Origin: an uncultured Methanoregula sp.
GTDB taxonomy: Archaea; Halobacteriota; Methanomicrobia; Methanomicrobiales; Methanospirillaceae
Assembly (NCBI GenBank): GCA_964448885.1
Contig: CAYVAQ010000013.1
Span: 239 to 64,238 of the forward strand
Length of the DNA: 64,000 bases
Direction: 5' to 3'
Shown: one piece after another, positions 56,880-64,000 of the stretch
Position numbering within the stretch: the first letter of the stretch is position 1
Layout of the letters: every line of letters starts with the position of its first letter
Notes under the pieces: model-generated
Seen by the model: the letters and a program-made list of their open reading frames with translations, nothing else
The model's database searches: none
Told to the model about the DNA's origin: nothing
Translations under genes and position numbers: made by a program

Positions 56880-58331
56880 ATGTCACTGTTTGTGATGGGG
56901 ACTGCCTCCCATGTAGGAAAGAGCGTTACGGTGGCAGCCATCTGCCGCTGCCTGCTGCGACGCGGGATTCCGGTTGCACCGTTCAAGTCCCAGAACATGA
57001 GCCTCAATTCATACGTAACTTCCGAAGGGGGTGAGATTGGCATGGCACAGGCAATGCAGGCATTCGCTGCGAAGATCCCCCCGCATACTGACATGAACCC
57101 GGTCCTTCTCAAACCCAAGGGGGACTGCGTCTCACAGGTTGTTCTTCTCGGGCGACCGTACAAGGATGTCCCCATTACGGAATATTATCGGGAAACACCG
57201 TCGCTGCTCAAAAAAGCCGTTGAGTCCTACAACCGCCTCGTCACCCGTTACGGGCAGGTCGTTGTCGAAGGTGCCGGTGGTGCAGCCGAACTGAACCTGT
57301 ATGATCGGGATATCGCCAACACCCTCCTTGCAGCGGAGCTCAGCATCCCGGTCATCCTGGTCGCTGATATCGAACGAGGGGGTGTTTTTGCACAGGTAAT
57401 CGGCACGATCCAGCTGCTTCCCGACCATATCCGTCCTCTTGTTGCCGGAATCATCATCAACAAATTCAGGGGGGATCCGGCAATTTTTGAATCCGGAGTG
57501 AAGAAGATTGAGGAGATATGCGGGGTTCCGGTCCTCGGTGTTGTGCCACACCACACACTCCCGCTTCCAAGCGAGGACTCTCTCTCCATCGGTGATAAGC
57601 AGGCTTCTGAACACGGTATCCGGATCGCGGTGATCCGGCTCCCGCGGATCTCGAACTTCACGGATTTTGAGCTGCTCGAACAGCATGCTTCGGTGGAATA
57701 TGTCAGTCCGGGGTCATCGCTCGAAGGGTTCGACTGCGTTATCCTGCCCGGGACCAAGAACACGATTGATGATCTGCAGGCTCTGATTTCAACCGGTACC
57801 GATCGCGAGATCCATCGTGTGCGGAAAAAAGGGATTCCAATCATTGGCATCTGCGGAGGGTACCAGATGCTTGGCAAAGACCTTGTCGATGCCGGGTACG
57901 AATCTGCAGCTGGCACGTATGCCGGTCTTGGTCTTCTCGATTGCTCAACACATTTCGCCAGCTATTCGAAGAACACAACGCAGGTGAACCGCAAAGCTCG
58001 CGATATTCCCCCGATCCTTTCCGAAATGAGCGAGGTTTCCGGCTATGAAATTCATATGGGGGGGACGACCGGATCCGGAAAGGACCGTGAAGCGTTTGAG
58101 GGAGACGGCTGGGTAACGGAGGACGGGCTGGTTTTCGGGACCTATATGCACGGGCTCTTCCAGAATATCTCTGCCGCAAACGCACTCCTTTCGTATCTGC
58201 ACCGGAAAAACGGGATCGCATTCACCCCGATTACCCGTTACGATGCGGACCCGTATGACCGGCTTGCCGATCTCTTCGAGGAGCATGTCGACATGGGGGC
58301 CGTAGTACGAATCCTCCTCGAAGGGCATTGA
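56880..58331 (+). CDS. cobQ: Cobyric acid synthase
   Basis: [55 protein letters not shown]. Confidence 0.97.
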   Translation: MSLFVMGTASHVGKSVTVAAICRCLLRRGIPVAPFKSQNMSLNSYVTSEGGEIGMAQAMQAFAAKIPPHTDMNPVLLKPKGDCVSQVVLLGRPYKDVPITEYYRETPSLLKKAVESYNRLVTRYGQVVVEGAGGAAELNLYDRDIANTLLAAELSIPVILVADIERGGVFAQVIGTIQLLPDHIRPLVAGIIINKFRGDPAIFESGVKKIEEICGVPVLGVVPHHTLPLPSEDSLSIGDKQASEHGIRIAVIRLPRISNFTDFELLEQHASVEYVSPGSSLEGFDCVILPGTKNTIDDLQALISTGTDREIHRVRKKGIPIIGICGGYQMLGKDLVDAGYESAAGTYAGLGLLDCSTHFASYSKNTTQVNRKARDIPPILSEMSEVSGYEIHMGGTTGSGKDREAFEGDGWVTEDGLVFGTYMHGLFQNISAANALLSYLHRKNGIAFTPITRYDADPYDRLADLFEEHVDMGAVVRILLEGH

Positions 58332-58333
58332 TA

Positions 58334-58600
58334 TCAGCTGATGATGCTGGTAATGCTGTGGAATCCTTCTCCCTGGCGGTCAGCACATTTCACGGCCGTT
58401 GCGCGGGAATAATCCACCCGTTCAGTGACCCGGCATTTCATGCAGTAGGCAAGGGATGGTGATTTGACAAATTTCCCGCCAACCTGGAACTCCCTGCAGT
58501 GGATACAGAATCCGCAGTTTTCAACGGGTTCTTTTTTTGTTTCAAGGCATTGTACATGCCCCTTTGTAACCGGCAGGATCCGGTAGTCCTCGTCACTCAT
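58334..58600 (-). CDS. Small Cys-rich hypothetical protein
   Basis: CGFCIHC, YCMKC and further Cys residues; 88 aa. Confidence 0.7.
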   Translation of the reverse strand: MSDEDYRILPVTKGHVQCLETKKEPVENCGFCIHCREFQVGGKFVKSPSLAYCMKCRVTERVDYSRATAVKCADRQGEGFHSITSIIS

Positions 58601-58715
58601 GCTGTGTTGTGCCTCTTGTGATCAGATATGGAAGGCTGCAGGATAAAAAAATGGTTTTTCCTGCCATGCGTTTCCAGCACCATCCTTAAAACAGATCAGC
58701 ACGAAAGTTGCTGGT

Positions 58716-59894
58716 ATGAAGGTGTGTATTATGTGCGGGGGGGAAGGGACCCGTCTTCGCCCGCTCACGTTTGAACGGCCAAAACCCTGTATCCCCATCG
58801 TCAACCGCCCGTCAATCCAGCACCTTGTTGCACACCTGGCGAACATGGGTTTCCGCGAGATTGTCCTCACCCTGGGGTATCTCGGGACAACAATTGAAGA
58901 ATCGCTTGGTGACGGATCGTTGTTCGGTGCGGAGATAACCTATGTCCATGAGGAAACGAAGCTCGGCACTGCCGGCAGTGTCAAGAATGCCCAGAAGCAT
59001 CTCGAAGGTCAGGATTTCCTTGTTGTCGGCGGAGATCATGTCACCGACCTGAACGTGCTCGAGTTCTACCGGTTCCACCAGAAAGAGAAAGCCACCACAA
59101 CTATCGGTCTCATCTCCATCGATGACCCCGGTGAATATGGTATCGCGGAGATCGATGTCGGATATGCCATCCAGCGGTTCAAGGAGAAACCGTCACCGGG
59201 CGAGATCTTCAGCAACCTTGCAAGCACTGGTATGTACGTTTGCAAGTCGGAGATCTTCGATCATATCCCGGCTAATACCAAGTACGATTTTGCCCGCGAT
59301 CTCTTTCCGAAACTGATGGAAGAAGGCCATGTTCTCAAGGGCTGGCTCGCAAGGGGGAACTGGACCGATGTCGGGAGCCCGCACTCGCTGCGGCAGGCCG
59401 AGCGCTGGAAGCTGCAGGACCTTCATTTCACGGATATCACCGGTGATCTTTCCGTTCATGGTGCGCAGGTACACGGCCCGGTCCAGCTTGGCGGATCGAT
59501 TACGCTTGGAAAAAATACCAAGGTCATAGGCCCTGTTGCAATCGGCCCGGGGACAACCATTGGCGACAATGTCCTGATAGGCCCCTACACCAGCATCGGT
59601 GAGAAGTGCATAATCCGTAATAATGTCAAAGTCTTCTCTTCTTCGCTCTACAACCGGGTAATTGTCGGAGCAAACAGCACCATCTCCGGCAGCATCATGG
59701 ACAATGACACCCATATCGGGGAGCACTGCAGCATTGAGAACGATACGGTAATAGGGCCCCGGGTTGTCCTCCGCGATCGTGTCGTGGTCCACTCCAAAAC
59801 CCGGCTCTGGCCTGAAGTTGTGATCAACGACAAAGCGGTTGTCAAGGAGCATGTGCTCAACGAAAAATTCGATCTGCGCTATGAGGGATCGTGA
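58716..59894 (+). CDS. NDP-sugar synthase (nucleotidyltransferase + left-handed beta-helix), M1P-guanylyltransferase-like
   Basis: GGEGTRLRPLT..RPKP, LGTAG, EKP, WTDVG, hexapeptide repeats. Confidence 0.93.
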   Translation: MKVCIMCGGEGTRLRPLTFERPKPCIPIVNRPSIQHLVAHLANMGFREIVLTLGYLGTTIEESLGDGSLFGAEITYVHEETKLGTAGSVKNAQKHLEGQDFLVVGGDHVTDLNVLEFYRFHQKEKATTTIGLISIDDPGEYGIAEIDVGYAIQRFKEKPSPGEIFSNLASTGMYVCKSEIFDHIPANTKYDFARDLFPKLMEEGHVLKGWLARGNWTDVGSPHSLRQAERWKLQDLHFTDITGDLSVHGAQVHGPVQLGGSITLGKNTKVIGPVAIGPGTTIGDNVLIGPYTSIGEKCIIRNNVKVFSSSLYNRVIVGANSTISGSIMDNDTHIGEHCSIENDTVIGPRVVLRDRVVVHSKTRLWPEVVINDKAVVKEHVLNEKFDLRYEGS

Positions 59895-60010
59895 TTTTTT
59901 TTCTGACACCAGATCCCGTTTTCTCCTTTCAAAGAATCATGCTTCTTGGGAGCACGGTCAGTTATCTCCATTAAGGAAAGAATTAACCGGCAACCCGGGT
60001 AAAGGAGCAG

Positions 60011-60796
60011 TTAATCCCGTTTCACCAGCCGGTGGGTGATCGCTACCAGCGGGTGGCGGGCATAATCCAGGATCTGGATGTCATCAAGATTTTTCAGGTT
60101 CATTGCGTGAGCTGTCCGTTCCATGCCCAGCTCGATATCCTCCTTGATGTCGATAATGTAGGCATCCAGCGATGTCATCCCCATCCTTCTGGCAGCTATC
60201 GCCCGGTGGTGTCCGTCGACGAGGATGATCTTTCCCGGTCGGCGCACAACAATGATCGGTTCGGCAAGACCCTTCTTGATCTCGTAGATGCGTCCCTCCA
60301 GCTCGTCTTCGTATATTTTAGACTGTGTTGGAAGAAGGTCCTTGACCGAGACCGTGCCACGGTCAAGCGAGGGATCAACCCCATAAAGTTTTTTCAGGGT
60401 TGTCATGAAGTTGAAGACCTTCTCCGGTGATACGTGTTCGATCTGGGAACGGATTACATCGGAATTGGAGATGATACCCATCAGGTGGTTCTTCTCATCG
60501 ACAACCGGGAGCTTCTGGATGCCGGATCGGAAGATGACCCGTGCTGCATCATTGATGTCCATATCGCGATCGGCAACGATCAGGTTGGAAGACATGACCT
60601 CCTTGACCGGTGTCTCCGGTCCGATAAAGAGGAGATCGCGGGCTGAGACATATCCGACAACAATATCTCCTTCCACGACCGGAAAGCCATCGTGATTGGT
60701 CTTCTGGATCTTCTCGATAACATCGCGGGCTGTCCCCGTGATATTAACGCTGACAACTTCATAGGTCATGTAGTCCTTGACCCGTTTCTTCTCCAT
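60011..60796 (-). CDS. CBS-pair + ParB/Srx-like domain protein
   Basis: VKDYMT, GFPVV and KLPVVD CBS motifs; PTQ...EPIIV...LVDGHHR. Confidence 0.92.
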   Translation of the reverse strand: MEKKRVKDYMTYEVVSVNITGTARDVIEKIQKTNHDGFPVVEGDIVVGYVSARDLLFIGPETPVKEVMSSNLIVADRDMDINDAARVIFRSGIQKLPVVDEKNHLMGIISNSDVIRSQIEHVSPEKVFNFMTTLKKLYGVDPSLDRGTVSVKDLLPTQSKIYEDELEGRIYEIKKGLAEPIIVVRRPGKIILVDGHHRAIAARRMGMTSLDAYIIDIKEDIELGMERTAHAMNLKNLDDIQILDYARHPLVAITHRLVKRD

Positions 60797-61142
60797 CAGT
60801 ACTGCTTAGCCGCCCGGTGGACTAAAAGACATCGGTAAGATGTGGATTGTGCGGCTCTGGGTTGTCGGGAACGTTATGGATTACCTGATTGAAACCCTCT
60901 CTGGCCGAATTGAGCGCAGTGGTTCTCTCTCATAAGCAACAACCTGTTATCGGTCCTGAAGTGAATTGAACGGATAGATGTGTCTGTTCCATTATCATCT
61001 CCGCTCCATTGTCATCTTCTACATCTGGCATGGGCATACCTGCCCGTGAATGCTTGCTGGTAATAAACAGGGATTTTTTCCTCAAAGGAGCGGAATGGTT
61101 TATGTCACTCCGGTTCCGATGTAATAAGGAGGATTAGAAAAA

Positions 61143-61835
61143 ATGGGCGAGAAGAAAAAGAAAGAAGAGACGGTAGCCCGCTGGAAGCAGGTTGTTGTGA
61201 TTACCGCCTGTGTACTCTTTGTCGTGCTCATGGTGGTATCCGGTATGGGATATGGCTGGCTTTCGATGTTCAGCTCCGTTAAGCCCGGACAGACTGCCGT
61301 GATCGAATTCACGCTATATGACGGATCCGGTAACCCGGTTATCACATCGAGTGAATCGGTATACAAAAAGGCGGTTGCCGACAAGAAGAATATCCTTGTC
61401 ACCAAGCAGGTTGCTATTGTTGCCAATCAGTCCCCGACAACTACTCTGTATCCGGTAACGGTGTATAACCCCGGAACCGGGGAAACGCTCCAGTTTGCGC
61501 TCTTTGCACCGGAATATACTGCACTCACCTCTGCAATTGTCGGGATGAGGACAAACGAGCAGAAGACCATAGCCCTCCCGTCATCATCCACCATGAGCCA
61601 GCTCTGGTCGAAGGAGCAGCTCGAGATGAATGGTGTGAACATGGATGATGTCAATGTCGGGGACGTCTTTGGCATGGGCGTTTCAGACAACCCAGAAGAG
61701 ATGTCGGGGAACACCTCAGCCAAAACCTACATGAGACTGGGTGAGATCACCCGGAAGACAACCACCGGCATCGTCGTCGATTTCGGGTACCCGACTGCAG
61801 ATATCCGCGTCATTTCATTCTCAGGCAACAATTAA
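61143..61835 (+). CDS. Membrane-anchored FKBP-like protein (degenerate PPIase)
   Basis: N-terminal TM helix; VKPGQTAVIEFTLYDGSG...AIVGMRTNEQKTI...VVDF. Confidence 0.65.
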   Translation: MGEKKKKEETVARWKQVVVITACVLFVVLMVVSGMGYGWLSMFSSVKPGQTAVIEFTLYDGSGNPVITSSESVYKKAVADKKNILVTKQVAIVANQSPTTTLYPVTVYNPGTGETLQFALFAPEYTALTSAIVGMRTNEQKTIALPSSSTMSQLWSKEQLEMNGVNMDDVNVGDVFGMGVSDNPEEMSGNTSAKTYMRLGEITRKTTTGIVVDFGYPTADIRVISFSGNN

Positions 61836-61880
61836 TTTTTTTACCACATCCTTTTTTACCGCTGCAGTCTATTCCCATTC

Positions 61881-62141
61881 ATGGTGTTGCGGGTACTCTG
61901 CTTTTTCCAGCCGGGTTGCATGGGCTGCATGGAACAGGAACGGATCAATGCTGAAGTCAGCCGGGGATTAAAGGTCCTCATCGAAGAGATCGATGCAGTG
62001 AAAAATCCCCGGTATATCAGTGAATTTTCGCTGAAGGCCACACCTACTATCGTCATTCTTCATGACGGGGTGGTGAAGGAACGGTTCGAGGGGGTTGTTC
62101 ACGCTGAGCAGCTGGAAGCCTCACTGAAGAAGCACTTATGA
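61881..62141 (+). CDS. Thioredoxin-family protein
   Basis: CMGC motif, cis-Pro loop ATPTIVIL, RFEG. Confidence 0.88.
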   Translation: MVLRVLCFFQPGCMGCMEQERINAEVSRGLKVLIEEIDAVKNPRYISEFSLKATPTIVILHDGVVKERFEGVVHAEQLEASLKKHL

Positions 62142-62711
62142 ACGGGTTCCGTAAACCCGCTTAATCCGGTGAGCAACGGTCTTCCAGCCCTCTTTGCGCA
62201 TCAGTGGACCGTCGCGGAGTTTGAGGTGTGAAATCCTGAACCGTTTGCCGGCAACAGCATAGACCTCCCCGACCACAAACTGCTGCTCCCCATCGCATTC
62301 CATATAGAGCGGAACGGTCTTCCTCCCATCATGGACCGACACCTTGACGACCACCTGTTCGATCGCCCGTGTCCAGAGCGTGGTGATAGTTCCGGCCTTT
62401 GCCCGTTTTACCCGCTTGTCCCCGCACTCGATAGCCGTGACTTCGACACCGAATGCATCATCTCCGCACTCGGCAACAAGATGGTCGTCTACAGAACAAT
62501 CGTCCTCCTGGGATAGTTCGATGCTGCAGACCTGGCTTGTTCCTTCCCGGGAGACAATTGCCTTGATCATCAGGGCCGGTGGCTCGCGCTCCTTTTTTAT
62601 TCGGTGGTGGTGACCGCAGGTCGTACACCGGACAAGAAGGTCGCGCGATTCTGCAACCACTTCATGTTCGGTCTCGTCCCTGCATTCCGGGCAGGTGGCG
62701 GCAATAAACAT
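62136..62711 (-). CDS. Archaeal zinc-finger protein (HVO_0476-like)
   Basis: CPEC..ETEHEV...VRCTTCGH; TLWTRAI. Confidence 0.85.
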   Translation of the reverse strand: MFIAATCPECRDETEHEVVAESRDLLVRCTTCGHHHRIKKEREPPALMIKAIVSREGTSQVCSIELSQEDDCSVDDHLVAECGDDAFGVEVTAIECGDKRVKRAKAGTITTLWTRAIEQVVVKVSVHDGRKTVPLYMECDGEQQFVVGEVYAVAGKRFRISHLKLRDGPLMRKEGWKTVAHRIKRVYGTRS

Positions 62712-62744
62712 TGAATATCAATGGCAGCCCCCGGATAATAAAGC

Positions 62745-63173
62745 ATGGAGGCACAGGAGAGAGTACGTGCAAGGGGTCACCCGCTGGTCCTCGGGACACA
62801 CCCGACAACCTTCGAGGTTACCTGCGAGGATCACCTCACGGCAAACGGGAACTGCATCATCGGAATCGCTGCTGACAAAGGGTGCAGCGGCCTGTCCGAT
62901 GAGTTCCGCCGGGCTCTTGCCCACGACGATGCAGTTCTGGTTACCCGGCTCGACTGCGGCGGGTCTGTTGCGCTTGTCCGTTCGCGCGGGTCATCACAGA
63001 TGTTGCTGAATCACCCGACCGATATGGTGTGGCGGAAGAGTGCGTTCGTCTGCGGGCGCACGATTGGGATACTCTCCGATACCGTCGCCCTGACCCTTCC
63101 CCGCGATCTCATCCGCAACCTTGCCGGGGGAATTCCGATGACGGTGACTCTCACCGTCACGCGTCCCGGCTGA
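62745..63173 (+). CDS. DUF371 family protein
   Basis: ARGHPLVLGTHPTTFEVT...LTANGNCIIG...HPTDMVWRKSAF...RT. Confidence 0.9.
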   Translation: MEAQERVRARGHPLVLGTHPTTFEVTCEDHLTANGNCIIGIAADKGCSGLSDEFRRALAHDDAVLVTRLDCGGSVALVRSRGSSQMLLNHPTDMVWRKSAFVCGRTIGILSDTVALTLPRDLIRNLAGGIPMTVTLTVTRPG

Positions 63174-63342
63174 GTGTGCTGATCTTCAGTTCGGCATCAG
63201 CGAGCAGGGTCTCGCACTGCCTGACGAGCAGTGCGCCCTGCTCGTAGAGTTTCATGCTCTCGTCAAGGCTTGTATTCCCGTCCTCAATCTTTCCGATAAT
63301 TTCCCTGAGTAGTTCCACTTTTTTCTCATAGGTCTCTGTCAT
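63157..63342 (-). CDS. xseB: Exodeoxyribonuclease VII small subunit
   Basis: [33 protein letters not shown]...[12 protein letters not shown]. Confidence 0.93.
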   Translation of the reverse strand: MTETYEKKVELLREIIGKIEDGNTSLDESMKLYEQGALLVRQCETLLADAELKISTLSRDA

Positions 63343-64000
63343 GATCCACCCGCTCCACGATCACCTGGCTGCTCCCGTCATAGAACCGGATCTTCAGCCG
63401 GTCATCCTTTGCAATACTCGCGCTGCTCTTCACGATGCATCCGCCTTTTTCTGTAACGCAATACCCCCGTGCGAGCACGGCGCGCGGGCTCCTCCCTTCA
63501 AGCGCGGTCTTCAGCCCATCGAGGACGAGGTGATGACGTTCAATACGGGTCTGCCAGCCCCGCTCCAGCCGTTCAGCAAGGTCTGCGGTATACTGCCGGC
63601 GCTCACCAATCTTCCGGGAGAATCTCTGGGGGCGGAGGCGGTCCCGGAGCCCGCCCATCTCTTCCTTTGCCCATGCGATCCTGCCATTCAGGGCTGCGTT
63701 CAGCTGTTCCCGGTGTTCCCTCAGTCGTTCAAGCAGGGCCGGCCGATCCGGAACAACGAGCTCTGCAGCCGCGGAGGGGGTCGGTGCCCTTATATCCGCG
63801 GCAAGGTCTGCGAGAGTAACATCGATTTCGTGACCGATCGCGCTGACAACCGGGACCGGGCAGGAAGCGATTGCTTTCACAACGTCCGGGTGGTTGAACG
63901 GGAAGAGGTCCTCAAAACTCCCCCCGCCCCTCGCTACGATGACCACGTCAGCGAGGCTTCCGACCCGCCTGATAGCCTGGGCGATCTCATGGTGAGCCTC
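63326..64000 (-). CDS. xseA: Exodeoxyribonuclease VII large subunit; 5' part outside the window
   Basis: [46 protein letters not shown]. Confidence 0.95.
   Translation of the reverse strand, partial: EAHHEIAQAIRRVGSLADVVIVARGGGSFEDLFPFNHPDVVKAIASCPVPVVSAIGHEIDVTLADLAADIRAPTPSAAAELVVPDRPALLERLREHREQLNAALNGRIAWAKEEMGGLRDRLRPQRFSRKIGERRQYTADLAERLERGWQTRIERHHLVLDGLKTALEGRSPRAVLARGYCVTEKGGCIVKSSASIAKDDRLKIRFYDGSSQVIVERVDHDRDL

Noticed and set aside
60011-60796. ParB-like protein as the partner of MinD (a ParAB partition system)
   Set aside because: The CBS-ParB/Srx fusion lacks an HTH, lies 11 kb away among housekeeping genes, and is a common euryarchaeal protein. MinD has a membrane-targeting helix rather than ParA features.
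60800-61140. 340-bp gap as a possible ncRNA (RNase P/SRP) or small ORF
   Set aside because: No RNase P or SRP signature motifs were recognised, and only 20-35-codon ORFs without support are present. It is probably a divergent promoter region.
112-63819. Many long antisense or alternate-frame ORFs in the track (e.g. 1945..3600, 6629..7750, 9432..10592, 21876..23003, 40692..42080, 41909..43147, 52040..53170)
   Set aside because: They are shadows of well-supported genes, expected in GC-rich DNA with strong codon bias, and carry no recognisable motifs.

Overview
This window looks like a methanogenic archaeon, probably Methanomicrobiales (Methanoregula-like). That call is inferred from the archaeal-type LeuRS, PINA-type ATPase, archaellin, PGF-CTERM and PGF-pre-PGF sorting signals, and PKD/IPT-rich surface proteins. 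It has three zones. (1) 1-42 kb is mostly accessory cell-envelope genes: PKD, kelch, NHL, PEGA and IPT proteins, a 2.9-kaa zincin/cohesin giant, a papain-like protease, lipoproteins and an orphan archaellin. These surround the core genes leuS and PINA. A roughly 200-bp second copy of the leuS 3' end, diverged almost entirely at synonymous sites, brackets an AT-rich cargo gene. A family of GAGAAGAAT...ATTCTTCGA hairpins resembling REP elements occurs near both ends of the PINA-leuS unit. (2) 42.4-56.2 kb is a compact type IV pilus-associated locus. It encodes an A24 prepilin peptidase, three DUF2226/PATAN-like proteins, a double-V4R protein with a Cache domain spliced into it, a REC-PAS regulator, MinD, three Roadblock/LC7-type proteins, a PilB/FlaI-like ATPase with a long disordered N-terminus, and two TadB/TadC platform proteins. 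This is the best candidate for an uncharacterised pilus polarity/sensory system. (3) 56.4-64 kb holds housekeeping genes (aIF-1/SUI1, cobQ, NDP-sugar synthase, CBS-ParB, thioredoxin, xseAB). No rRNA, tRNA, CRISPR array, integrase or transposase was recognised. All domain calls come from reading motifs by eye; no database searches were run.
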